Made by a program: the position numbers and the translations under genes. A stretch of 64,000 nucleotides of DNA from Parvularia atlantis (taxonomy: Eukaryota). The notes below the pieces were generated by a model that was not told where the DNA came from, ran no database searches, and saw nothing but the letters and a program-made list of their open reading frames with translations. Location: the NCBI GenBank assembly GCA_943704415.1, contig CALSCO010000711.1:1-64000 (forward strand), read 5' to 3'. Shown one piece after another: positions 1 to 13,658 of the stretch. Within the stretch, counting starts at the first letter, position 1; the number at the start of each line of letters is the position of its first letter.

Positions 1-71
1 GGGGGGGGGGTACTGAAGAGTGGAAGCAAGGAAGAGTTAGTAAGGTCGCTAGCCGGAAGAAGCGTCGCCGA

Positions 72-955
72 TCACAGCAGCACGCAGCCCTTGGACTTGC
101 CCTCCTTCTTGGCGCCGTTCTGCGCGCCGCCCTTCTTGCCGTTGGTCTTCTTCTTGCGAATCTGCCTCACGACCGAGTAGAAAGCTGCGACAGCGCACGC
201 AGCGGACTGAGCGGGGCGAGCGCACGGCCGGCGCACGCGCGCACGCACCCTTCTCGACGTTGACGCACGTCTTGGCCGACGCCTCGGTAAAGTCGCAGCC
301 CATCTGTTTGGCGAGCGCCTCGCCCTCAGATGCCTGGACCTGCGCGCCGTGCAGCGCCGTGGCGTGCCGTGAGCCAGCCAGACTGGGCACGAGCGCACGA
401 CCCAGCGCGCCCCGCACCTCGCGCTCGGTCATGTCGCACTTGTTGCCGACGAGTATTAGCGGGATCGAGTCGGTGTCCTTTACTCGTGCGATCTGGTCGC
501 GGAACTGGCGCGCGGCGTGCGCGGCACGTGAGGCCGCGCCGTTGTCATGCGACGCGACCCGCGCACCCGCTGCACGCGCTCGAACGTGGACCGGGCGAGG
601 ATCGAGTAGACGAGGACGAACCCCTCGCCGTCGCGGATCCACTGGTCCCGCAGCGCCGTGTACTCCTCCTGTCCGGCCGTGTCGAGCACCTTGTTTTGTG
701 TTGCGTTGACGGGGAGGAGGATTGCGCCGCGTCGTCAGCCCCCCCCCCCGCCGCGCCGCCCGCCGCGCCCGCTCGCCCACCGCGCGCTGCACGCACCTCG
801 AGCACGCACGGCTCATCGTCGATCACAACCTGCTTGCGGTACGAGTCCTCGATCGTCGGGTCGTACGTCTCGACAAAGTGGTTGAGGCACAGCTGGATCG
901 TGAGCGCCGTCTTGCCCACGCCACCGTCGCCGAGCACCACGATGCGGTACAGCAT
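72..955 (-). CDS. RAS: Ras small GTPase, fungal Ras2/RasB-like, 4 introns
   Basis: Spliced [42 protein letters not shown]...[24 protein letters not shown]...ILVGNKCD...EASAK...KSKGCVLL*. All G boxes and a CaaX are present. First intron 690-796. Confidence 0.95.
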
Positions 956-1102
956 GGCTGGTGCTTACCTGTGCGCGCGGGTGCCGGCGCCGCGCGTCAG
1001 CACGCGTGCCACAGCGCGCGCGGCGAGACGAGCGAAGCAGCGCGGCAGCTCCTGTGAACGGTGGACAACTTTGGTCGCCGCATATGGATCATCCCGTTCG
1101 CA

Positions 1103-4100
1103 TCATGCCGGCGACACAGAGTGTGCGGCGGGTGCGGCGGGCGAAGGCGAGGGCGGCGCGTCGCCAACGGGCGGGAACAGCTCGTCGTACAGGCCCGGCA
1201 GGAAGCTATTGATCTTCTCCCAGGTCATGTGCCAGAACTCGGCGCGGCTGCGACCCGCGCGGGGGTCAGCGCAACACGCAAGCGGCGAGCGGCGCAGTGC
1301 GCACCTCTCGGGCGACATCGCCTCGCCGCCGGCGCCGTTGGCGGGCCCGCGCGAGGTCGTGCTCGCGTGCGCCGGGTCCTCGAGGATGCCCCAGTCGCGC
1401 TGCACGAGGATCATGTTGACCAGGCTCTCGCGCATCATGTCGTACTGCGAAACCTGTTGGCGGCGCTGCCCGAACGTGCCTAGCGCACCGCACGCACCAG
1501 CCGCGAGCCGCCGTCGACGTGCATGTACTTGTTGACAAAGTTGAGCACGCGCATCCAGATCGAGGGGAAGTCCCGGCGCTGGTAGAGCGTCGGGAGCGTG
1601 TGCAAATACAGCTTGGACAGGAGCGAGGCCGACTTGACGCGGGCCTGCGTGCACATGTCAGCCGCACGCGCGTCTCGCGCCACGCTCGCACGCACGTCCT
1701 CGGCCTCGCGCGCGTCCGGGTGGAACGAGTCCGAGATGAGGTCCTCCAGCAGTGAGAACAGGACCATGTCGTGGCACGTCCACACGTCGTCCGCGCTCAG
1801 CAGCGTGAGCAGCTCGGGGCGCACCAGCACCTCGGGCAGGATCGTCAGCGCGCGCGTGCGCACGTCGCGCACGGGGTGTGTCCTGCCCAGTGCGCCATGC
1901 GCGTCAGCATCGGGCGGACGGCAGCAGCAGTGCGCCGCACCCGTTGGACGACAGCCCGCTCAGCACCGGCAGCCAGAACGCGTGGAAAAAGTCGTGAGCG
2001 GCGGTCTCTGCGTGCGGCCGATGAGCGCGCACGAGCAGTGGCGCCAACGCGCAGCCGCACCGGGCAGCACGGTCTTGCTGGTCGCGTGCCGCTGCACGTC
2101 AAACTGGAAGTGCACGCGCGCGCGCTCAAACATGAGCCAGAGCAGGTCGAGCGCGCTGATGGCGGCAGTGAGCGTCACGTGTCTGATGCGCGTGCGACCG
2201 CACCGCAGCGCGCGGTTCCTGGGTGTGCGCGTCTCGTCCTCGGTCGCCAGTCGCCCGTTTGGTGCCGCGGGCGACGACTGGGGCTGCGCGTACGTCATGT
2301 CTCGCGCATGCACACACGCGCAGTCTGTCGAGAGCGCGCACCACGGCGGCCGCAGCGGGGGCGGGGGCGCTGGCCACCGACGAGGCCGACGCACTGCGCG
2401 ACTGCGACGTGATTGGCGTCCCCGCGGGCTGCACCGCGTCGTGCTCAGTCGAGCGCACGACAGTCGACGCGCACGCACCGTCTCAATGCGCGACGAGAAC
2501 GCCACAAACTTGAGCAAGACGTCGGCAAACTCGAAGAACAGCACCGGGTTGATCCACGCCGCCTCTTTGCTCAGGATGCACACGTCCAGTCCTGAGAACG
2601 CCAGCCTAGGGGCGCGCACGCGAGTCGGCCGCGAGCGGCGTGCGCGCGCACAGACGCACGTGGCGCAGTCGTTCTGCTCGACCATGTGCGCGATCAGCGC
2701 CAGCAGCGTCTTCCACTGTGCGACCGTGTACGACAGCGACGGGTCCCTGCACCGGCGAGCGCGCGGTCAGCCGCATGTCTGCGCGCCGCACACACCACGC
2801 ACTTGAGCAGCGTGTCCATCCCGACGCTGATCTGCGGCGCGAGCCGCGCGAGGATGTTGCTCGGCAGCTTGACGAGGTGCGTGATCGAGTTGAACAGCTG
2901 CGCGGCGAGCGTCGGTCAGGGAGGAGGGGGGACCGCACATACGCCCAACCTCCGCTGCGCGCACCTGGCCCAGCACCTCCTCGTTGTGCAAGAAGCGCCG
3001 CGCGAGCAGCAGGAGCCCCACGGTGGCGCGCTCGATCAGCGGGAAGGCCGCGTCGCTGATGGCCATGTCGAAGACCATCGTGAGGAACTGCGGCGCGTTG
3101 CTGCGTCAGCGCTCCATGTGCGATTGCAAGTGCACCTCGTGCGCACCAGGTGGAACCGCTCCAGCAGCTCTTTGATGCGGTCGGGGTTCTTAGCGAGCAC
3201 GCGCACGGTCATCTCGAAGAAGAACAGGGCTGCGTCCTCGTCGACCTGTGTGTGTGCGCGTCAAGAGTGCGGCCGACAAGCGCTCGGCGGCCGTGCGCAC
3301 CTGCACGTCCTGCTCTCGCGCCGATTCGATAAGCGAGCAGCGCATCGCGGCGTCCAACAGCGCGCCAAGGGCCTCCTGCGCCCTAGTCATCAGCTCGCAG
3401 GCCAGCGGTGCGGTCTGCGTGCGCACCTGCGGGAGAAACCGGCTGTCGGTAATGATATCCTCGATGCGGCACTCGGCCACGAGCTCGCGCGTGCTCCGGT
3501 ACGCGGGCGACGTCGTGTCCAGCTCGGGCCGGCTCTCACTGTCACCGAAGAAGGTCGCGAACGGCCACATGTACGACATGCCACCCGTGTCGCGCCGCGG
3601 CCTGCGCATGTGGCGCGTCAGCCAAGGCCGCACTGCCACTCGCACAGCGCGCGCACGTCTGAGGTGCCACGCGGGCCAGCGGCAGCTTGCGCTTCTTCCC
3701 GAGCAGGTCTTCCATCTCGAGCAGCGCGTCCGGCAGGAGCGCCTCGCGGTACAGACTGCCGCTCGTCGTCAGCGCCGCACCAACGACTGCGGCAGCCTGG
3801 CGCGCACCTGCGGATGCTCTTCATGACCAGCGTCCAGCCGTTCGCGTGCAAGACGCTGCCGTGCTGTGCAGCGCGGCAGGGGCGGCATATGTGAGCGGCG
3901 ACGTTGCGGACGCGCCACGCGCGCACCTGGCGGATCATGTCGAACGCCGTCTGCGTGGCGAGCCGGCACCGCGCGCGGGCCACAAAGCGCGCGGGGATCT
4001 TTTCCTGCTCGCCGGGTGGCCTTGCCGACGGCGCGTCCGTCTCGACCAGCGTCGTCATGCGCACGATCATGGCCAGCTGGCGTGCACGCAATATGCGTGA

Positions 4101-7100
4101 GTTGCCGGGTCAGCAGGCACGCGGCCGCGCACCATCGACTCGAACGCTTCGGTCAGGCGGTAGTGCCCTGCAACCGTGGCCAGGTTGCGCACGGCGTACA
4201 GCACCTGCTGCACCATGCTGTCCTCGAGGTCCAGCTGCGCCGCGCACGTGAGCACGATGCAGCATGCACTGTGCATGCGCACGCGCACCCCGAGGAGGTG
4301 CGTGACGCACGCAGCCGCGCTCGGCCACATCGACATGAACATCTCGCGGTCATACGCGGCCGAGGAGCTGTGGATGAGCTGGTCGCTGACCTTGTCGAAC
4401 GCGATGAGCTGCTTCCAGGCGTACTCCTCGCCCACTAGGCCCTCTTGCTCCTGCGGCATGATGATTTCGCGCCGGCTGATCGCCGTGTAGATCTCCTCGA
4501 GGTACTTGGTCTCAAACTCCTCGTTGTCGCTCGTCTTGCTCGCGATGCGAAGAAAGTCGTTGAGCGTCATCCGCCGCTTGTTGTTGACGTTGTACTGCGC
4601 CGCACTTGCGTCAGGACGGATGCGCCACGTGCGCAGAGCGCGCGCACCAGGTCCGTGTTGAGCATGATGATCGCGTAGCCCATGAAGTGCGCCGCGCTCA
4701 CGCTCGGCAGCGGTGGCTCGTTCTTCATGTACCCCTGCGCGCGCGCGCGGCTCAGCATCGGCGCGCGAAAAGGTGTCGCGCACGCACCGCCGCAAAGCTC
4801 GCCAGGATGCGGTCGATCTGTTGGCCTTCGCCCGGGAGGCGGAACGACTCGCACATGGTCCTGCGTGCCGCCGTCAGCCGTGCGCCAGGCATGCCCAGAG
4901 CCAGCCGCGCACCGAAGCGCCTCGTCGATGCGCTTCCCGCGAAAGTCAAAGTGACTCATGTACCTGTCCAGCACAGGCCCGTGCGCGCTCTCGGCCAGGT
5001 AGAGGCCGAGCATGCGCTTGCTCAGCGCGGGCGTGTTCCAGAGGAAGCTGGCGCGGGCGCGCGCGTGAGCGACGGCCTTGGGGGCGCCCCCGCGCGCACG
5101 CCACGCACTGCGCAATGTCGGCGTGGTTTTCGGCCGAGCTGATGAGCTTGTTTTCGCACAGAAAGCGCATGCCGTCCTTCCACGACGCGTTGAACTTCTC
5201 CACACCCAGCGACAGCAGGCGCTGCGGGGCACGGCAGACGCGTCAGCGAGCCAGCCGGTGCGCCACAACAACAGGCGTCACCTTGCGGTTCTTGCGCGTC
5301 TGCAGCTCCTCGAGCGACGGCGCCCCGCCGGGTACGTACGGCACCTGGCGCGAGGTCGTCAGCACAGCATGTGCAGCGCGCAACCTGGGCGTAGCGTAGC
5401 GTGCCTTGAGCTCGCAGCGCTCGGCCATGGCCTTGAACATGCTCGAGAGCACGTCAAACGCGAGCATGTGCAGGTGGTTGAGCTGCGCGTTCTCGCTCGC
5501 CACGAATGTGCTGAGCACACGCACGAGCTTCTCGAGCATGTCGCTCGCACGCAGCTGTGCACCACCGCGCGTCACGCCCCGGCATTCGCGCGCACGCAGG
5601 CCCGCGCACCTCGCAGTCGTAGTTGATGTACAGGTCGACGGCGAAGAACGACGAGCCAAGCGAGAGCTGGCGAAGCGACTCGAGCACGAGCTCCTTGTGC
5701 TCCGGCAGGGTCGATCTGCCCCGCCGGGCGCGCACGCGTCGGCCACGTAGCGGTCAAGGTGCACGCGCGAGCGGAGCACGCACCGCGACTCGTCGGCGAG
5801 TTTCTTGAGCATGCCCGTGAGAAAAAACTCGATGTGGCAGCGCATGTGCGTGCCCAGCACCGAGAACAGCAGCGTGACCACACGCAGGCTCTGCGCGAGC
5901 AGCTGCGACGCGCGCCACGCCCCGTCAGACACAGCAGCCAGCCGGCTTGACCCCGCGCGGCGCTCACGTTCGTGTGGTGCTGCTCGCGCAACGAGATGAT
6001 CATGTACAGGTGGTGGGACAGGTCCGTCTTGACCAGCGCGAGCAGCGTCGGGAACTGGTGGAAGTACATGCCCCCGGTCTCGATCGCTACGCCGAGCACG
6101 TTAAGCGCGATCAGGCGCATCGTGTCGGTGACGCTCCGGTCCTGTGGGTCGAGCAGCGACGTCTGCAGCGCGCCACGCATGAGCACAGCAACGCACGCAG
6201 GCGGCAAGCGCACCACAAACGTCATCAGCTGCAGCACCGCTGGCACGCCGTGTGGGCGGTTCGCGGCCGCGCTGACGCTGCCGGGCCCCGCGGGCCACGG
6301 CGTGTCAACGGCCAAAGTCGCCGACGCTGCGGGCGAGCCCGTCGACCGAGCTGCGGCGTTGCACGCGGGTGAGCAAGTGCCGCACAGCACGTACGCGCGC
6401 ATGTAGACCTTCCCCGGGCGCGAGCGTCTGCAGCCCCTTGCCGACGTTGCGGTATGCGCCCTGCTCGTCGTCGAGGAGGTCGGCTGCGGAGTCTGTGCTC
6501 AGGGTCCGCCGCGCGACAGCGGGCGCGTGCAAGCGCACTCGTCAAGTCGCCGTCGGGCATGCTCGGCAGGCGCGAGAGGAGGATGTGCGCCATCCCGGTG
6601 AGCGCGTGCTCGCACGACCGTCTGGCGTTGCGGGCACGGTCAGCACGCTCGCGGGTCACAGGCGGGGCGGCTGCACCTCAACAGCTCGCTCAGGCGTGTC
6701 TGGAAGCACAGCTGGAAGCACGTCGTGAGGATCTGCGCCACCATCTCGTTCGACAGCGCGACGCCGGCCGGGCTTGCGAGGCACGCCTTGAGCACCTGCG
6801 GACAACGGGCGTTGGCTGGCGTTTTGGCGCACGCGCAGTCGCGTCACGCACGTGCAGGATCCGTGTCAGCACGACCTCGTCCGCGACCTGGTCCGTCGCC
6901 TCAAACTTGCAGTGCGTCACGGCGACAGCAACGTCGCCCATAACCTCGGCGACGTTGTCCTGGCGCGGGTGAATCTGGCGCGCCGCGGCGCGTGAGCGGG
7001 ACCGTGTCGTCCGCACAGCGCGCCGCACCAGCTGGTAGTTGAGCAGCTTCTCGACGGCCGAGAGCGCGGCGCCGATGACGGGGCCTGGCGCGGGCATGTG

Positions 7101-7637
7101 AGACGCGTGGTTGGCACGCGGACGCGGTGTCCTAGGCACCTGTCGTCACGTCCGAGCGGATGATGTCCAGGAACGGCTCGACGACGACGCTGATGCCCAC
7201 GTCGTCCACAGTCGTGTTGCCCTGCGCGGCCGACGCGACGATCCGGCGCACCTCGACCAGCTGGATGCAGGGGGATAGTTGAGCCACCACGCAGCCCACC
7301 ACGCGGCCAGCGCACCTTGCGCAGCACGATCGACTGCGCGGACGCGCCCGGCGCGAGGCTCATGTCCCAGCGCGCGTTGCGGCGGATGGCGGCGGCGACC
7401 TGTGTCAGTGCGCGCGTGGGGCGGTGCGCGTGTGGCGTGTCACTCGTCGTGCGTGCAGGTGGCGCTGAGCGCGGGTCTTGTCGCGCGCGAGCATCGGGTA
7501 GGCGTGCGCGGCGGGACGGGGGGAGGGGGGAGCACGGGCAGGGCAGCGGCTGCGCGTACCGCCAGCAGCTCGTTCATGACGATCGGCGCCCAGAAGCGCG
7601 TCGTCGCGGCGGCAGGTGCCGCTCGCGCGTCGGCCAT
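1103..7637 (-). CDS. GBF1: GBF1/Gea1/2-type large Sec7 Arf-GEF, many short introns
   Basis: DCB-like EPFLDIIRSDVTTGPVIGAALSAVEK and CKFEATDQVADEVVL; HUS DLYINYDC; Sec7 FDFRGKRIDEALR/ESFRLPGEGQQIDRIL/AIIMLNTD; C-terminal ESLVNMILV and FWHMTWEKINSFLPGL. Confidence 0.93.
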
Positions 7638-7673
7638 GTTCGCAAATCTCTCACAGCACGACCAGGCGCACCG

Positions 7674-8589
7674 ATGGTGGCGGTGCGGCGTCGCCACGTG
7701 GCCGCTGTCATTGACACGGCGGTGCGCGCAGGGCAAGGCGGGGCGTGAGGGCGCGAACGGCGCAGACGCGGCCGTCAAGGCAAAGAAGGGCAAGGCGACG
7801 GCGGCGGCGATAGCGACGGCGGTGGACGGCGACAGCACGCCCAAGCCGAAGCGGCGCAAGGTCGCGGCCGAGGTCGCGGCCGAGCCAGCGCCCGAGGCCG
7901 AGCCGGCGCCCGAGGCCGACGGTGCGGCCGAGGAGCCGCCGAAGAAGAAGAAGAAGAAGGCCAAGGCCGACGCCGACGCCCCCGAGGCCGCCGCGGCCGC
8001 CGACACCGACGACGCGCCGCCTGGCAGCCTGTCGCGGTTCCCGCTTTCGCCCGCGACCGTCGCGGCGCTGGCCGCGCGCGGCATCGACCGGCTGTTCCCG
8101 ATCCAGGTGCAGACGTTCGTGCCGATCTACGACGGTCTGGACGTCGTCGGGCAAGCGAGTGCGTCGCGGCTGCACGCACACGGCCCGCACTCACGCACTC
8201 ACTCACGCGCCGCCGTAGAGACCGGCAGCGGCAAGACACTCTCGTTCGCGCTACCGCTGATCGAGCGGCTCGTGCAGACGCGCACGGCCAAGGCCGGCCG
8301 CGCGCCCGCCGCGCTCGTCATGGCGCCCACGCGGGAGCTAGCGCGCCAGATCGAGCGCGAGTTCCACACGATCGCGGGCAGCCGCCTGGCCATCACGTGC
8401 ATCTACGGCGGCGAGGCGTACGAGCCGCAGGAGCGGGCGATGCGCGACGGCGTGGATGTGGTACGCGCACCGTGACGCAAGGCGGGCAGCCGGCCCTGAC
8501 CGTGACACGTGGGCAGGTCGTCGGCACGCCCGGCCGCATCATGGACCACGTCAACCGCGGCAACCTCAACCTGCTCGCGCTCAAGTACG

Positions 8590-8620
<31 letters not shown>

Positions 8621-10408
8621 GGTGCGGGCGCGCCCGTCGACCCGCCTGTGTGCGCTCACACCGAGCGCGCGGCGCAGGTCGGCTTTGCCGAGGCCGTCGA
8701 GGAGCTGCTCGGCGCGCTGTACGAGAGCGGCAACCGCCCGCAGACGATCCTGTTCTCGGCCACGGTGCCCAAGTGGGTGCAGCAGACGGCGAAGAAGTAC
8801 CTCAAGAGCGACAAGGTGCGCGGCTGCGGCGGCCTTCGCGGCAGTGGCAGCTCATCGACGCCGCCGCAGGTCACGATCGACCTCGTCAAGGACCACGACA
8901 ACAAGACGGCGGACGAGATCCAGCACCTGTGCATCCGCTGCACGTGGCAGGAGCGGCCGGCGGCGGTGCGCGACGTCGTACAGGGTGCGGGCCGGCACGG
9001 AGCCGCTTTGACGGGCGCGGCTCACGGACACTCGCGCGCGCAGTGTACTCGGGCATGCACGGGCGCGCGATCATCTTCACCTCGACCAAGAAGGAGGCCA
9101 ACGAGCTCGCACTCAACGCCGTGCTCAAGCAGGAGACGCTCGTGCTGCACGGTGGTGCGGGCGGGGCAGGGCGCGCTCGCGGGCGGGCACGGCTGAGACG
9201 CGAGCGTGGCGTGCGCAGATATCCAGCAGAAGCAGCGTGAGATCTCGCTCACGGCGTTCCGCGAGGGTGCGGGCGTGGTGCGGAGCGGGCTGGCCGGCAT
9301 CTGACGGGCATGTGGCCGCCAGGCAAGATCCGCGTGCTCATTGCGACCGACGTGGCCGCGCGCGGGCTTGACATCCCGGAGGTCGACCTCGTGATCCAGT
9401 GCGAGCCGTCCGAGAAAGCCGACGACTACATCCACCGCGCGGGTGCGTTCGTTCCGCTGCCGCCGGGCCATGCCGCCACCGCTCACGGGCCGCTGTCGCC
9501 AGGCCGCACGGGCCGTGCAGGCAAGTCGGGCGTGTCGATCCTGTTCTACAAGCCGGACCAGGAGTGGATGGTGCAGAACATCGAGAGCCGCACGGGCATC
9601 AAGTTCAAGCGTGTGGGTGCGCCACTCGCGTCCGACATCGTCAAGGCCGCGGCCGAGGACGCGCGCAAGTCGCTCGAGCAGATCCCAGGCTCGGTCCTGC
9701 CGCACTTCCACGCCGCTGCGCAGGCGCTCATCAACGAGGTGCGCGCGCATACACGCGCGCCCCCTGAGCGCACTGACCCCTCGTACACGCCGCAGCGCGG
9801 GGCGCTCGACGCGCTCGCGGCCGCGTTGGCGCAGATTTCGGGCCAGACCGAGGCGCTGCAGTCGCGGTCGCTGCTCAACTCAGCCGTCGGCTTCACAACG
9901 TACCTCATGCGCTTCCAGCAGGAGATCCGCACGGTGTCATACGTCTACACGGCCATCCGCAACCACTTCCCGGAGGAGGCCAAGGAGGCCGTGCGCGGCG
10001 TGCGGCTGACGCGCGACCACAAGGGCGGCGTGTTTGACCTGCCGTCCAAGTACAACGAGGCCGTGCTTGAGGTGCGCAGATGCGACAGCACGCCGCAGCC
10101 GCCCGCTCAACCGCACTGTCGCAGATGTGGCGCGACACCCGCGCCGGCACGCTGACGATCTGCACCGAGCTGCCGGAGCTCGAGGGCCCGCGCGACGACT
10201 ACGCGGGCAGCGCGCAGCGCGGCGGCTACGGCAGGTGCGCCGCTGCTGCGGACCGGCCGCGGTGCTAACGCTGCTGCGCGCATGCAGTCCGCGCGGCGGC
10301 TTCCAGCGCGGCGGCTACGGCGGCAGCCGGGGCGGCGGCGGCGGCTTTGGCGGCAGCAGGGGCGGCTACAGCGGCGGCTTCCGCGGCGGGTACCAGCACG
10401 GCAGGTGA
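7674..10408 (+). CDS. DDX21: DEAD-box nucleolar RNA helicase, DDX21/DDX50-like (GUCT domain, RGG tail)
   Basis: [66 protein letters not shown]-like SRSLL...GVFDLP, GGYGG tail. ATG 7674 inferred (MVA then an intron). Confidence 0.92.
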
Positions 10409-10453
10409 TGAGTGGTCGTTGTACATGCTTCGCCTAGGGCCTATGGTGCGGGA

Positions 10454-11179
10454 TCAACTCGTTCTTCGCCCTCGTTCTTCGCCCTCGTCTTCCTCCTCGT
10501 CCTCGTCCTCGTCCTCGTCCTCCTCGTCCGTCTCGACGTAGCCTCTCCGGTTCGAGTTCTCGAAGCTGCGTCGCGTGCACGGCGTCAGCGCCTCAGCGGA
10601 GGCAGCACGCGCACGCACAGCGCCTCCGTCCCGTCCTCGGCCAGCGCGGGCGGCTCGACGGGCGCGGCGGCGAAGCGCTCGGGCCTGCGAGCGCGTCGCT
10701 CGTGCGATGAGCGTGCGCACCCACGTGGACGAGGGAGCGCGCGGCGCACCACTGCCCCCCCGCCTTGAGGTGCTTGACCTGGTCCGGGTAAAGGATGTGC
10801 TGGATGTCGCCGCAGACCTTGGTGTTGCTCGCGTTGATCTCGGTCACGACAAAGTCGCCTGGTCGGTGTGCGCACAAGCGTCGGCGATCACAGAACGAGC
10901 GGGCGCCCCCACGCGCGGGCGCGCACCGCGCTTGACCCAGACGAGGTTGCGGAACTTGGCCGGCATGCGGCACAGCGTCGTTGTGCCATCGCCGAGCTCG
11001 ACCTCGTACAGGTGGTTGCCCTTGGCCTGGCGGCGCGATGCCGTCAGCCACACGACATCGGCGGCGCGGGCGCGCCCATCGCCGCCCGCGCGCACCTGCA
11101 CCAGCCGCGCGACGACGTGGCCCGCGCCGAGTTCGGGCAGCGCATCGAGGACATCCTGCGCGACGCGCTTGCGTGGCAT
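10454..11179 (-). CDS. EIF1AD: EIF1AD (S1/eIF1A-like OB-fold RNA-binding protein)
   Basis: AKGNHLYEVELGDGTTTLCRMPAKFRNLVWVKRGDFVV...IQHILYPDQVKHLK; acidic tail. Confidence 0.88.
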
Positions 11180-11437
11180 CACGATGATGACAGCGTGGCG
11201 GCGATCACGTGCGCGCTTTGTCAGCAAAACATGAGCTCAGCGCGCGCTTGGTCAGCAGCGACGGGCACTTTAAAAGCGGGCGATCGGTCGATGGTTTGGG
11301 TCATTCAGCGCTCGAACCGCGCCCCACCAGCAGCAGCAGCAGCAGCAGGCACCCGCCTCCTTCTTCCTCTCCTCCTCGTCTTCGCGATCAGCAGCACACC
11401 CACCACTAGCGAGCACACCAGCCTCGAGACCGAGACC

Positions 11438-12786
11438 ATGGCCGGGTGCGCGACGCTCGTGCGGGGCCCGCGGCCTCGATCGCTGATCCGCCGCCGTCGC
11501 GCCGCCGCACAGCACCATCCGCAACGCAGTTAAGCTGTTCACCGCGCTCAAGCAGCGCGAGGGCGGTGGCTTCATCGTCCGCCGCTCCGTCGGCTCGCCC
11601 CACCTCAACGTGCTCGACCCGTTCCTCATGCTCGACCACATGGGCCCGAGCGTCTACGGCCCCGGCGAGGCCGTGGGCGCGCCCGACCACCCGCACCGCG
11701 GCTTCGAGACCGTCACCTACGTGCTCGAGGGTGGCTTCCACCACCAGGACAACGCCGGCAACGAGGGCTGGCTGACCAAGGGCTGGTGCCAGTGGATGAC
11801 GGCCGGCCGCGGCATCATCCACAGCGAGATGCCAACCGAGGAGCTGCTCGCCAAGGGCGGCACGATGGAGGGCGCGTGCCGGTGCACACTGCGCGCTCTG
11901 CCCGTGCTCACGCGCGTTTGCGCGCAGGCTTCCAGCTGTGGGTCAACCTCCCCGCCAAGGACAAGATGGTCGAGCCGCGCTACCAGGACACGCCGCCCGA
12001 GAAGATCCCCAAGGTGCCCACGCCGGACGGCAAGGGCAAGGTCGTCGTCGTCGCGGGCGAGGCGCTCGGCACCAAGGCCGTCATCGACACGCGCTCGCCC
12101 ATGTGCGTGCCCCGCTCGCGCGTGCCGGGCTCTCGCTCATCGCGCGCGCGCCGTGCAGGATGTTCCTTGACGTGCAGCTCGAGAACGGCGGCCTGTACGA
12201 GGACACGGTGCCTGCGGCCTACGACGGCTTTGTGTACGTCTACCGCGGTCAGGGCGTCTTTGGCGACCAGAGGGTGCGTTTGTGTTGTCTCGCGGCGCGC
12301 GCGCACAGGCGGTGCAGACTCAGCGTGCGCGCTCAGGTGAAGGCCGCCGAGGGGCAGTACTTTGTGCTCGGCGCGGGCGACAAGTTCGTCGCGCAGGCCG
12401 AGGGCGATGAGGGCGCGCGCTTCCTGATCATCGCGGGCGCGCCTTTGCGCGAGCCGGTCGCTCGCTACGGCCCTTTCGTCATGAACACCAAGGTACGCCC
12501 CGCCGACGCGCCGGTGCACTTGCATGGACGGCTGACACCGGCGACCCGCCCGCGCCGGCAACGCAGGAGCAGATCATGCAGGCGTTCGAGGACTACCACT
12601 CGGGCCGGTTCGGCAAGGCGATCGAGGGCTCCGAGGAGCGCTTCGCCAAGACTGAGTGCGTGCCGCATTGCGCGCTCGTGAGTGCGGGCCGCTGTTGCTC
12701 ACGCGGGCGCCGCACTGTCTCACAGCAAGGCCGTCAGCACACAGCGCCAGAGTGGCCGCTACAAGAAGGACCAGGAGGAGCTTTGA
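11438..12786 (+). CDS. PIR: Pirin (cupin)
   Basis: [71 protein letters not shown]. Confidence 0.95.
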
Positions 12787-12863
12787 AAGCGGCACTTCGC
12801 GCAGACAGTGAGCTCTCACTTAGTCGTGTACGACCAGCAGTAATGCATGCACACAGCATCTAC

Positions 12864-13658
12864 TCAGTCTGGCCTCCGGACGGGTTTGCTCATGATCACG
12901 TAGTCGTACTCGGCTGCCTCGTCCGCGGGGAGCACGCGACCCGGCGAGCGCTCGTCCTCCGCGAAGCTGTGCGCGCGTGCGTCAAGCTCGGCGAGACGTC
13001 AAGCGAGCGCGCGCACACGTACCCGAGGCGCTCGTAGAAGGTCGTGGCTGCGCCGTTGTGCTTGAACGTCGTAAGCATGATGAGCGAGCAGGCGGGCGCG
13101 AGTCGCGACGCGATCTCGTCCAGCAGCGCCATGAGCATGCGCCCGAGGCCGTGCCGCCGGTGCGCCGCGGCGACTTGCAGCTCGTAGCTGGGCGCGGCGT
13201 CAGGCTACGCGCGTGTGGGGGCGCCACGCGCGTCGGCGCGCACCAGTAGAGCACGCCGTCGACCGAGTCGTCGTCGGCCATCGTCGGCTCATTCTCGCGC
13301 CGGAACGCGACAAACGCCGCACGCTCGACCCCTTCCACACCCGCGCTCACGATCTCCATGTGCGCCTGTCGCAGCTCGTCCTGCTTGTGCCGCCGGCTCC
13401 ACCCGGTGCGGCTGCGGCGGTAGACCTCGCGCAGGTTGGCCTCGACCATCTGCACGGCCCAGGCGCGGTCGCCGCCGGGCGCCTCGCGCCGCAACGTCCC
13501 TGCACTGGCGCGCGATCGCGCCCGTCAGTGGGCGTGCGTGCACGCGCAGACGCAGCACGCAGCACGCACACAGCCGGCGGCGGTCGAAACGCGGAGAGCG
13601 CGCCTTGAACAGTGTCACCGATGTCGGCCATATTGGCGACTCCCAGCATGGCGTCCAT
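12864..13658 (-). CDS. NAA40: N-alpha-acetyltransferase 40 (NatD/Nat4)-like GNAT
   Basis: MVEANLREVYRRSRTGWSRRHKQDEL, AFVAFR, VLYCYELQVAAAHRRHGLG, IMLTTFKHNGAATTFYERLG, YVIMSK. Start ambiguous (13658, 13649 or 13631). Confidence 0.85.

Noticed and set aside
961..972. CTTACCTG resembling the U1 snRNA 5' end
   Set aside because: No U1 stem-loops or Sm site follow; better read as a splice motif on the other strand.
12770..12786. Pirin C-terminal QEEL as an ER-retention signal
   Set aside because: No signal peptide.
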